From: Candidatus Saccharimonadota bacterium
GTDB taxonomy: Bacteria; Pseudomonadota; Gammaproteobacteria; Enterobacterales; Enterobacteriaceae
Assembly: GCF_000185985.2 (NCBI RefSeq)
Contig: NC_014909.2
Location: forward strand, 270,001 to 302,000
Length of the DNA stretch: 32,000 bases
Direction: 5' to 3'
A model generated the notes under the pieces. It did not search any database. It saw only the letters and a program-made list of their open reading frames with translations, and was not told the DNA's origin. Numbering within the stretch: position 1 is the first letter of the stretch; each line of letters opens with the position of its first letter. Shown piece by piece: positions 11,491 through 18,785 of the stretch. The position numbers were made by a program, and so were the translations under genes.

Positions 11491-12162
11491 ATGAAACAAG
11501 ATGAATTGAAAAAAGCAGTAGGGTGGGCAGCATTAAAATATATTAAATTTAATACTATTATAGGTATAGGTACAGGATCTACAGTTTCTTATTTTATTAA
11601 TGCTTTAGGCAGTATAAAGGAAAAAATAATCGGGGTAGTATCTAGCTCAAAAAATTCGTCAATTCAGTTAAAAAAAGTGGGGATTCCGATATATAATTTC
11701 AATAATATAGATAATCTTGATGTATATATTGATAGTGCGGATGAGATTGATAAATATATGCAAATGATCAAAGGTGGAGGAGGGGCTTTAACTCAAGAAA
11801 AAATTCTTGCTTTTGCTGCAAAACAATTTATTTGTATTATTGATAGTAGTAAACAAGTAGATATATTAGGGCGTGGGCCACTACCAGTTGAAGTTATACC
11901 GATGGCACGTAGTTTAGTAGCTAAGGAGTTAATTCGTTTAGGTGGATTGCCTGAATATCGTTATGGTGTGGTTACCGATAATGGAAATAGTATTTTAGAT
12001 GTACATAATATGAATATAATTAATGCTTCTTTATTAGAAGAGAGGATTAATAATATTCCTGGAGTAGTAAGTGTTGGTATTTTTGCTCACAGGAAAGCAG
12101 ATGTTGTATTGATTAGCACAAAAAATGGAATAAAAGTATTAAATAATAATAATTTAAAATAA
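11491..12162 (+). CDS. rpiA: Ribose-5-phosphate isomerase A
   Basis: 223-aa [45 protein letters not shown] and [10 protein letters not shown] match E. coli RpiA almost position for position. Confidence 0.96.
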   Translation: MKQDELKKAVGWAALKYIKFNTIIGIGTGSTVSYFINALGSIKEKIIGVVSSSKNSSIQLKKVGIPIYNFNNIDNLDVYIDSADEIDKYMQMIKGGGGALTQEKILAFAAKQFICIIDSSKQVDILGRGPLPVEVIPMARSLVAKELIRLGGLPEYRYGVVTDNGNSILDVHNMNIINASLLEERINNIPGVVSVGIFAHRKADVVLISTKNGIKVLNNNNLK

Positions 12163-12171
12163 ATTAGTTGT

Positions 12172-12210
12172 TCTTATTTTTAAAATAAGAGCTAAATTTT
12201 TTATTTTTTT
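12172..12210 (+). terminator. Weak AT-only hairpin plus T tract downstream of rpiA (candidate terminator)
   Basis: tcttatttt (12172..12180) is the reverse complement of aaaataaga (12182..12190). T runs follow at 12197..12202 and 12204..12210. The stem is entirely A/T apart from one C-G pair, so stability is doubtful. Confidence 0.3.
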
Positions 12211-12291
12211 ATGGATTACAAATTGCTATATAATGATTTTGTATCTTTTTTATTAAAAAAGTTAATTAATTTTCATACAAGAGTGATTATT

Positions 12292-12897
12292 TTAATATAA
12301 ACAAGATGGAGTAATTATGTTAGATAGTTTTATATCCCATTGTTCTATAGGTAATAAATGATTTGGAATTTTTTGAAAGTTATATGCTAGTCCAATGCAA
12401 ATACAATTTTTTATTTTTTTTTCCCAATGTTGTAATGTTTTATCATAAAATCCACCACCCATACCTAGTCTGTTTTTGTTTTGATCAAAAGCGACTAGTG
12501 GAATAAATAAAATGTCTAGTAATTCCATAGGTATAATATGAATATTATTGTTGTTATATTTGGGTTCATATATATTGAAACGATTGCGAACAAGGGGGGT
12601 TGATAAGGTGTATTTCACAAATGATAAATATTGAATAGACTGTGTATATATATTGGGAAGTATTGGTAAATATATTGATTTATTCATAAGTAATAAAGTT
12701 TTAATAAGTAAATTAGTAGAGACTTCTCCATCGGTTGAAATAAAAATTGCTATATTTTTAGCTTGATCTACATAATGTAGATTGATAATTTTATTAGTTA
12801 TTAATTGAGCTGCTACATATTGCTCTGAAAATGTTAAGGATTGTCTTAAAGAACGTATATATTTTCGGATTTTTTTTTTATTTGTGACGTGGCGCAT
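12292..12897 (-). CDS. ygfA: 5-formyltetrahydrofolate cyclo-ligase
   Basis: 201-aa ORF. FIS.DGE..T, YLP, PLVAFD....RLGMGGGFYD and EQWDI.L match E. coli YgfA. It lies downstream of zapA as in E. coli. The mRNA carries an in-frame A10 run (12870..12879). Confidence 0.85.
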   Translation of the reverse strand: MRHVTNKKKIRKYIRSLRQSLTFSEQYVAAQLITNKIINLHYVDQAKNIAIFISTDGEVSTNLLIKTLLLMNKSIYLPILPNIYTQSIQYLSFVKYTLSTPLVRNRFNIYEPKYNNNNIHIIPMELLDILFIPLVAFDQNKNRLGMGGGFYDKTLQHWEKKIKNCICIGLAYNFQKIPNHLLPIEQWDIKLSNIITPSCLY

Positions 12898-13005
12898 AGT
12901 GTTTTATTCATGATTAGATATTATTTAATAGTAGTATAATATTATTGTTTTTGTTAATATATTACGTTGGGTAATAAAATGCGTTTGTTATTTTTTATAA
13001 CAAAG

Positions 13006-13350
13006 TTATGTATGTTTAGAATATTCTAAAGTTAAGTTAGAGCGTTCTGTTAAATTATCGTGTGTTGTTAAAGCTTTTTCAACAGTTTGTTGTACTTCTA
13101 ATAAACATTTTTTAACGTGTAATATATATTCAACTGTTTTTAATTTTTCTTGAGCTAATTCGTGACAAATATTTAAAGCAGTTATGAATATTAGTTGGTC
13201 AGAATTAGTTACTTTTGTTTTAATTTTCAAATCGTGTAAGCGTTTTGTTAAATCTTGTACTGCTTTATTTAAAGCATCTTTTTGGTGGGGTGGGCAGTTT
13301 ATTCTTAGTGTACGTCCAAAAATTTGAATATCTATTGGTTTTTCAGGCAT
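13006..13350 (-). CDS. zapA: Cell division protein ZapA
   Basis: 114-aa ORF. P.DIQIFGR.LR.NCPP.Q.DALN.A..DL..RL.DLK..T.VTN..QL.FI.ALNI.HELAQEK matches E. coli ZapA (YgfE). Confidence 0.9.
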   Translation of the reverse strand: MPEKPIDIQIFGRTLRINCPPHQKDALNKAVQDLTKRLHDLKIKTKVTNSDQLIFITALNICHELAQEKLKTVEYILHVKKCLLEVQQTVEKALTTHDNLTERSNLTLEYSKHT

Positions 13351-13930
13351 ATTTAAACTCCGAAGTGTGACTGTTTTTATATTTATTTACATTTGTTTAG
13401 TCTTTTAAAATTAATTAAATCATATAATTGTATATAATTTTTATCTGGGTTGCATAATTTTTTTTAATTTATATAGTAAATATAACATTTTGTATAAAAA
13501 AATTATGCGTATGTATATTTTTTAGAATAATTTCATAACTAGCATGTTAGGTATGTTAATATTAAGAAATAAAGGTATTAAATATAAGATTAGTTTAGTT
13601 TTTAAATATATACAAATGCCGGGAGGAATTTATAACTAACTAATTTAAGATTGTATATTCTTTAAGGCTTTAGAATATTTTTAGAAATTATTATAAAATA
13701 ATTTGTATTTTATTTTTGTTTTATATATAAAGTAATATATAATACGTGGATTTTGTAGTTGGATTTTTTATATTATATATACTTTTGATTATTATATAAA
13801 TAAACATATGTATTGAATGAAGAACAAATGAAAAATTAGAGACATTAAGTTTTGTTAAAAGTAATAATGCGATAAGCCATATTCGTATACTATTAAGTAT
13901 CTAATTTTTTGGATTGTTGGATATTTTGTT

Positions 13931-15121
13931 ATGTCTGTTGTAATAAGTGGTGGTGGAATGATAGGGTTGATTTTGGCATTGAAGTTGTCTAAATTAACGC
14001 AAGGGAGGTTAGAAATTTCATTAATCGAGCAGAATTCTATTGATATCTGTAAAGATAAATTCTTTTTAGGCAATCCTGGTGTGATCGCATTATCTAGAGG
14101 AGCGTATTTTGAGTTATCTAAAATTGATATCATTTCTTCTATTTTATCTCATTATTCTTCTATTGTAGATACACTAGAGATTAGTGAATATAGTAAGTTT
14201 AGCGAAGTTTTTATTGATGCTCAAGATTATCACGTATCAGAATTAGGTTATATAATGCCTTTGTTTCCTATTAGAAGAGAATTATATGATGTTTTGTATC
14301 GGCAACCTGGTGTAACTATATATTGTTCTGTTAAAATACAGCATATTATCCGAAAAAAATCTCATAATATTATTTTTTTAAATACTGGGAAAAAGATAAT
14401 TTCAAAATTAATAATTGCAGCAGATGGATCTGGGTCAAATTTAATCAATTATTATGGTATTCAACAATTTAAGTGGAATTATCATCAAACAGCAGTAGTT
14501 ACTGAAGTAACTACTGCTGTGTCTCATTGTGGTCGAGCGTTTGAAAGATTTACCCCATTTGGTCCTTTAGTTTTTTTACCTATGTCTAATAGAAATGTAA
14601 GTTTTATGATTTGGTGTATATTTAAAAAAAGAAATCAAGAAATTTTTAAATATGGAAGCAGTAATTTTTCTAAAATATTACAAAAAATGTTTGGATGGAA
14701 ATTGGGTAAAATTTTGCATATAAAAAATCGATATTTTCATAATCTTTGGTTAATATATTCTTATAATCATATTGCTTATAGATTAGCTTTAGTTGGAAAT
14801 TCTGCACAGAAACTTCATCCTATAGCTGGACAAGGGTTTAATCTTGGAATTCGAGATGTTGTAGTGTTATCTGAAATTATTTATCAAGCTTTAAGAGATA
14901 ATGTAGATATTGGAGATTATTCTGTATTAAGTGCGTATCAAAAACGCAGGCGTTTAGATCAATTTAAAACTATTGCTGCAACAGATGGGTTAATTAATTT
15001 ATTTGAAAATCATTATTTGCCGTTAATTATTGCTCGGAATTTAGGATTATTTTGTATTGAACATAATTCTTTTTTGAAGGATTTTTTTGTAAAAAAAGCA
15101 TTATTTTGGTCTTTAATGTAA
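13931..15121 (+). CDS. ubiH: 2-octaprenyl-6-methoxyphenol hydroxylase (FAD-dependent ubiquinone-biosynthesis monooxygenase)
   Basis: 396-aa ORF. All three flavoprotein monooxygenase motifs are intact: N-terminal GxGxxG (ISGGGMIGL), IIAADGSGS and GNSAQKLHPIAGQGFNLGIRD. The N-terminus MSVVISGGGMIGLILALKLS parallels E. coli UbiH. Confidence 0.88.
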   Translation: MSVVISGGGMIGLILALKLSKLTQGRLEISLIEQNSIDICKDKFFLGNPGVIALSRGAYFELSKIDIISSILSHYSSIVDTLEISEYSKFSEVFIDAQDYHVSELGYIMPLFPIRRELYDVLYRQPGVTIYCSVKIQHIIRKKSHNIIFLNTGKKIISKLIIAADGSGSNLINYYGIQQFKWNYHQTAVVTEVTTAVSHCGRAFERFTPFGPLVFLPMSNRNVSFMIWCIFKKRNQEIFKYGSSNFSKILQKMFGWKLGKILHIKNRYFHNLWLIYSYNHIAYRLALVGNSAQKLHPIAGQGFNLGIRDVVVLSEIIYQALRDNVDIGDYSVLSAYQKRRRLDQFKTIAATDGLINLFENHYLPLIIARNLGLFCIEHNSFLKDFFVKKALFWSLM

Positions 15122-15455
15122 TGTTTTACTATATTTTAATGATAGTTTATTTATTTTTTTGTAATACATAATGAATAATGAAGAAATTTGATTTGATTAT
15201 TGTCAATAAAGGATTGCCTGGATTAATTTTAGCTTGTGGGTTGAGTAGGTACTTTAGTATTGCAATAATAGAACAGAACGAAATAATCGATATTTCGCAA
15301 ACCAGATCATGCAATGTAAAAGAAATATCATTTTTTAATATTATTAGTATAAAAATTTTAAAATATTTACAGGCATGGGATACAGATATTTCGTATCTTT
15401 TGAATTCTGTATATAAATTAGAAATTTTAGAAAAAGATAATGTAATTGGTATATT

Positions 15456-15466
15456 AAAAAAAAAAA
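15456..15466 (+). repeat. A11 homopolymer at the ubiI frame break (candidate transcriptional-slippage site)
   Basis: I counted 11 consecutive A. The upstream frame reads ATA TTA AAA AAA AAA ATT TGA. With 10 A it would read ...AAA AAA AAA TTT GAA TTT GGT = KKKFEFGYLGYPELGYIIDN, which continues the UbiI alignment. Confidence 0.9.
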
Positions 15467-16249
15467 TTTGAATTTGGTTATTTAGGTTATCCTGAGTTGG
15501 GGTACATTATCGATAATGTCAAATTATTAGATGTTTTGACAAATTATGCTAAAACTTTAAAAACTATTCATTTTTTTTATTTTACCAACTCGTTTGAAAT
15601 AATATTTCATAATTATAATGAAGTATTAATTAATTTAGATAATGAGTTTATATGTTCTGCTAAGTTAATAATTGCAGCGGATGGAATTAATTCTTATATT
15701 AGAAATAGAGTAAATATCCCGTTAATATTTAAAGATATTAGGTACTATAGATTATCTGCTCTTGTTCATACTAAAAAAGAACATCAATGTACTTTTCGTT
15801 GTATCGTTCATGATCACGGGATAATAATTTTTTTACCGTTACAAAATTTGCATTTATCTTATGTTTTTTGGATATTGTCTTCGTATGAGATTAAAAAATA
15901 TTTAAATACTAAAAATATGAATCAACATATTTTTAATGTTGAGTTGATAAGATTTTATGATGTTTTAGGTAAAACAATTTTATGTCAAGATGATGAAGTG
16001 ATTCAAGTTTTTCCTATAAGGATACAGTATGCATGTGATATTATAAAACATCGATTAATATTGTTGGGGCAATCAGCGTATGTTGCATGTCCTTTTGTTT
16101 TTTGGAATATAAATATAGAACTTATGGATGTAATATTATTATTTAATTATTTAAGAGAAGGACAGAAAACTAATAAAGATATTGGGTGTTATTCTTATTT
16201 ACAATTATATAGTAATTATAGAAAACATAGTAGAAATAAATTTATTGTA

Positions 16250-16313
16250 CACATAGCACATATCTTATCCAACTCTTGTTATGACAAGGGTTGGATAAGA
16301 TATGTGCTATGTG
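16250..16313. repeat. 64-nt near-perfect palindrome (30-bp stem, 4-nt loop) inside the ubiI remnant
   Basis: 16250..16279 (cacatagcacatatcttatccaactcttgt) pairs with 16284..16313 (acaagggttggataagatatgtgctatgtg). I checked this base by base. The only irregularity is T16274 opposite G16289. The loop is tatg (16280..16283). Confidence 0.9.
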
Positions 16314-16478
16314 CGTTTGATTATTTAACTAAAATCATTCCTAACAGTGATGAATATATATTAAAATATATTATGGGACTAAATGATGTGCCTAATTGTT
16401 TATTTAGAAAAAAATAATCAATTTTGATTTCGATATTATTATATTAATTTGATATCTTGTAAATTTTATACAATTATA

Positions 16479-17474
16479 TTACTGTTTTTTTAAAAAAATG
16501 AAATCAGGACATTGAGGCATTTGGATATATAATTGACTATTATTTGGAATCGATTTGAGTAAGATTGCTTGTATCCATAGTTTATTTCCTTTGATTTGAC
16601 AAGATTGTAATACAGTGCCTACTTTTTTATAGGTTTTATTTTGTATTTGCATTAGATAATTTCCTGAAATAGGAATTTGATTATGTTTATTTGTATCTAT
16701 AGTTCCTGTTAATTTATGTAATGATTGTTTGTTAAGTTTATAATGTTGAATTCGTGCGATTAGTTCTTGCCCGAGATAACATCCTTTATTAAAACTGATT
16801 CCCCCTAATAAATCTATATTCGCTGCTTGAGGGAAGAACATTTCACTTGTTAAAATATCAATATATGGATATCCTGATTCAATGTCCAAAGATATCCATT
16901 GGGAATGATTGTTGTATTGAGCAGATAAAAATTGTGCTTCTTTTAGTAAAGAATAAAATAATGAATTGTCATGAACAATTAATAAAAATCGTTCCTTCGG
17001 TAGATGAAAATAAAGCACACTAATGCCTTGATGATGTACTATTGTATTAATTTGATTTGGTAGTGTTTTAAAAAATATACTTAAATATTGTTTTGCATTT
17101 GATCCTGCTACTCCGAGTAATGTAACATTATAATCTGGGATTATATTTACCTTAGAAAATATTGAATACTTTTTTAAAATTTCAATTTGTTTTTTATATA
17201 CGTTTGTGGGACAAATGAATGCTAATTCATATTTATTAAAATAAAAAACATACATGTTAGTAATCATTTTACCCTGAACATTACAATGAGAAGAAAAAGT
17301 ATATTTATTTATGTTTAGATTTTTAATATCGCAAGTAAATTGGTTATGTAAATATGGTATGGAATCTTTTCCAGTCAGTTTAATAAGTATCCAATTTTTT
17401 AAGGATATTAAAGTTAAGGGTAAATTTAAAGAAGGTGTTGCTGGTTTTTCTATAAAAATAGTATTAGGTAACAT
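16479..17474 (-). CDS. ygfZ: Folate-binding tRNA-modification / Fe-S cluster repair protein YgfZ
   Basis: 331-aa ORF. L.L.G.D...YL..Q.T.D and the signature KGCYLGQELIAR (E. coli KGCYTGQEMVAR) are present. It is positioned between ubiH/ubiI and prfB as in E. coli. Confidence 0.85.
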   Translation of the reverse strand: MLPNTIFIEKPATPSLNLPLTLISLKNWILIKLTGKDSIPYLHNQFTCDIKNLNINKYTFSSHCNVQGKMITNMYVFYFNKYELAFICPTNVYKKQIEILKKYSIFSKVNIIPDYNVTLLGVAGSNAKQYLSIFFKTLPNQINTIVHHQGISVLYFHLPKERFLLIVHDNSLFYSLLKEAQFLSAQYNNHSQWISLDIESGYPYIDILTSEMFFPQAANIDLLGGISFNKGCYLGQELIARIQHYKLNKQSLHKLTGTIDTNKHNQIPISGNYLMQIQNKTYKKVGTVLQSCQIKGNKLWIQAILLKSIPNNSQLYIQMPQCPDFIFLKKQ

Positions 17475-17691
17475 TTTTGTATCATTAATTTAAAAAGGAT
17501 AATTATCATATCAATGAATATAATAGTATCATTTTTTTTTAGAAATTAGTATTATCAGGGTTTTGATAAAATATTATTTTTTATTGTGTATATAAATATT
17601 AATATATTTTTATATTAATCACATAATAATAAGTCATACCATTATTTTTGGTAATATATTGTTTGGTTTATATATACAATAAGCTTTTTTT

Positions 17692-17987
17692 ATGAAGATT
17701 AAAATAAAAGGATATACCTTTGATATTTTTTAACAAGAAACTGTGTATCTTTTAAATAAGATAAGCATTTAAGATAATATTGTTTGATCATAATCATAAC
17801 AAATTATTGAAAAATGGTATAAAAATTGCATTAAAACTTGTTAGTATATAAAAAAATTTTAATTAACGATTTGTAATTATGAATGAAATTAATAGACAAA
17901 ATTTTTAATGGCGTTCATAGATTGAAATAATTTAATTATATTGATAAAGTTTGATAATTTTTATATTTAAGAAATTAATATAATTGA
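17692..17987 (+). pseudogene. prfB: Decayed N-terminal (domain 1) coding region of prfB
   Basis: This region has the length and position expected for about RF2 residues 1-100, but no frame is open. In the frame of the downstream ORF I read stops at 17874, 17880, 17928, 17952, 17955, 17976 and 17985. The fragments between them still resemble RF2 domain 1 colinearly. Confidence 0.55.
17709..17724 (+). promoter_or_regulatory. Fossil of the RF2 programmed +1 frameshift cassette
   Basis: AGG ATA TAC CTT TGA T here compares with E. coli AGG GGG UAU CUU UGA C (SD-like element, slippery CUU, in-frame UGA). It sits in the same frame as the downstream prfB ORF. The +1 frame stops after 3 codons (TAA at 17731), and the 0 frame has a TAA at 17700 and no start codon. 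Confidence 0.45.
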
Positions 17988-18785
17988 TTGTTAGCATATA
18001 TATTTGATAAGTTGGAGATGTATCGAATGTTTTTTCAAGAACATGATAATTGTAATTGTTATGTAGATATTCAATCAGGATCTGGAGGAATAGAAGCTCA
18101 AGATTGGGCAAATATGTTGTTACGTATGTATTTAAAATGGTTAGATAGCAAGAAAGGTTTTTATGTAAAAAAAACTACAGAAACTTCAGGAGAGTTCTTA
18201 GGTATAAAATCTGCCACCATAAAAATTATAGGACCTTATGCGTATGGTTGGTTAAAAACAGAATCTGGGGTACATAGATTAGTTCGTAAAAGTCCTTTTG
18301 ATTCTGGAGGGAGGAGACATACGTCTTTTGCTTCAATTTTTGTTTATCCAGAATTAGATGACAATATTACTATTAATATCCGGCCAGAAGATTTACGTGT
18401 TGATGTGTATAGAGCTTCTGGAGCTGGAGGTCAGCATGTTAATAGAACAGAATCTGCAGTACGGGTTACGCATATTCCAACTAATGTTGTGACTCAGTGT
18501 CAAAGTGATCGGTCTCAACATAAAAATAAAAATCAAGCAATTAAACAACTTAAAGCAAAATTATATAATTTAGAATTACAAAAAAAACAGTATGAAAAAA
18601 AAATTAGAGAGAATAAAAAATTAGATATTACATGGGGAAGTCAAATACGATCTTATATTTTGGATGATTCTCGTATTAAAGATTTACGAACAGGTTTAGA
18701 AAAACGTAACGTTAAAGCTGTGTTGAATGGTGATTTAGATGATTTTGTAACAATGAGTATAAAACAATTAAATAACACTATATAA
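17988..18785 (+). CDS. prfB: Peptide chain release factor 2, domains 2-4 only (N-terminally truncated ORF; true start uncertain)
   Basis: 265-codon stop-free frame. [24 protein letters not shown] aligns to E. coli RF2 from about residue 113 onward. The SPF tripeptide (RKSPFDSGG) and the GGQ motif ([16 protein letters not shown]) are intact. Candidate starts are ATG 18018 and ATG 18027, with GGAG at 18014..18017. The stop overlaps the lysS ATG (TAATG). Confidence 0.8.
   Translation: MLAYIFDKLEMYRMFFQEHDNCNCYVDIQSGSGGIEAQDWANMLLRMYLKWLDSKKGFYVKKTTETSGEFLGIKSATIKIIGPYAYGWLKTESGVHRLVRKSPFDSGGRRHTSFASIFVYPELDDNITINIRPEDLRVDVYRASGAGGQHVNRTESAVRVTHIPTNVVTQCQSDRSQHKNKNQAIKQLKAKLYNLELQKKQYEKKIRENKKLDITWGSQIRSYILDDSRIKDLRTGLEKRNVKAVLNGDLDDFVTMSIKQLNNTI

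Larger units (their letters stand above)
15178..16417 (+). pseudogene. ubiI: ubiI/visC-like FAD monooxygenase, split into 97-aa and 306-aa ORFs by a +1 frame change inside an A11 tract, with eroded cofactor motifs
   Basis: Both ORFs align colinearly with E. coli UbiI (VisC): N-terminus FDLIIV..G..GL.LACGL, middle LIIAADGINSYIRN, C-terminus MGLNDVPNCL versus MGLNDLPEWL. The frame changes at 15456..15466, and removing one A joins the two ORFs. GxGxxG reads NKGLPG, and GDAAH..HP.AGQG.N.G..D reads GQSAYVACPFVFWNINIELMD. Confidence 0.8.

Noticed and set aside
13452-13508. 13-bp inverted repeat gcataattttttt / aaaaaaattatgc with a 31-nt loop, upstream of zapA
   Set aside because: Seven of the 13 positions are a poly-T/poly-A run, and only the 6-mer gcataa is informative. 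The loop is large. This is within what AT-rich spacer DNA can produce by chance.
13855-14133. 92-aa - strand ORF
   Set aside because: It overlaps the ubiH 5' end in antisense. The ubiH N-terminus (GxGxxG) is clearly the real reading.
15178-15471. 97-aa ORF as a stand-alone small gene
   Set aside because: It is the N-terminal Rossmann-fold part of the ubiI/visC homologue and continues in the +1 frame after the A11 tract. It is not an independent gene.
17311-17493. 60-aa + strand ORF
   Set aside because: It is antisense to the ygfZ 5' end and has no support.
17879-17908. ATG AAT GAA ATT AAT AGA CAA AAT TTT TAA (MNEINRQNF-stop), which resembles the E. coli RF2 N-terminus MFEINPVNN and ends on a TTT TAA T slippery-looking site
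   Set aside because: It is only about 36 codons upstream of the point that aligns to RF2 residue ~105, so it cannot be the true N-terminus without a large deletion. A +1 shift there reads NGVHRLK and stops again at 17928. A match of 4 of 5 residues built from A/T-rich codons is plausibly chance. The CTT TGA cassette at 17709..17724 is the better candidate for the ancestral 5' end.
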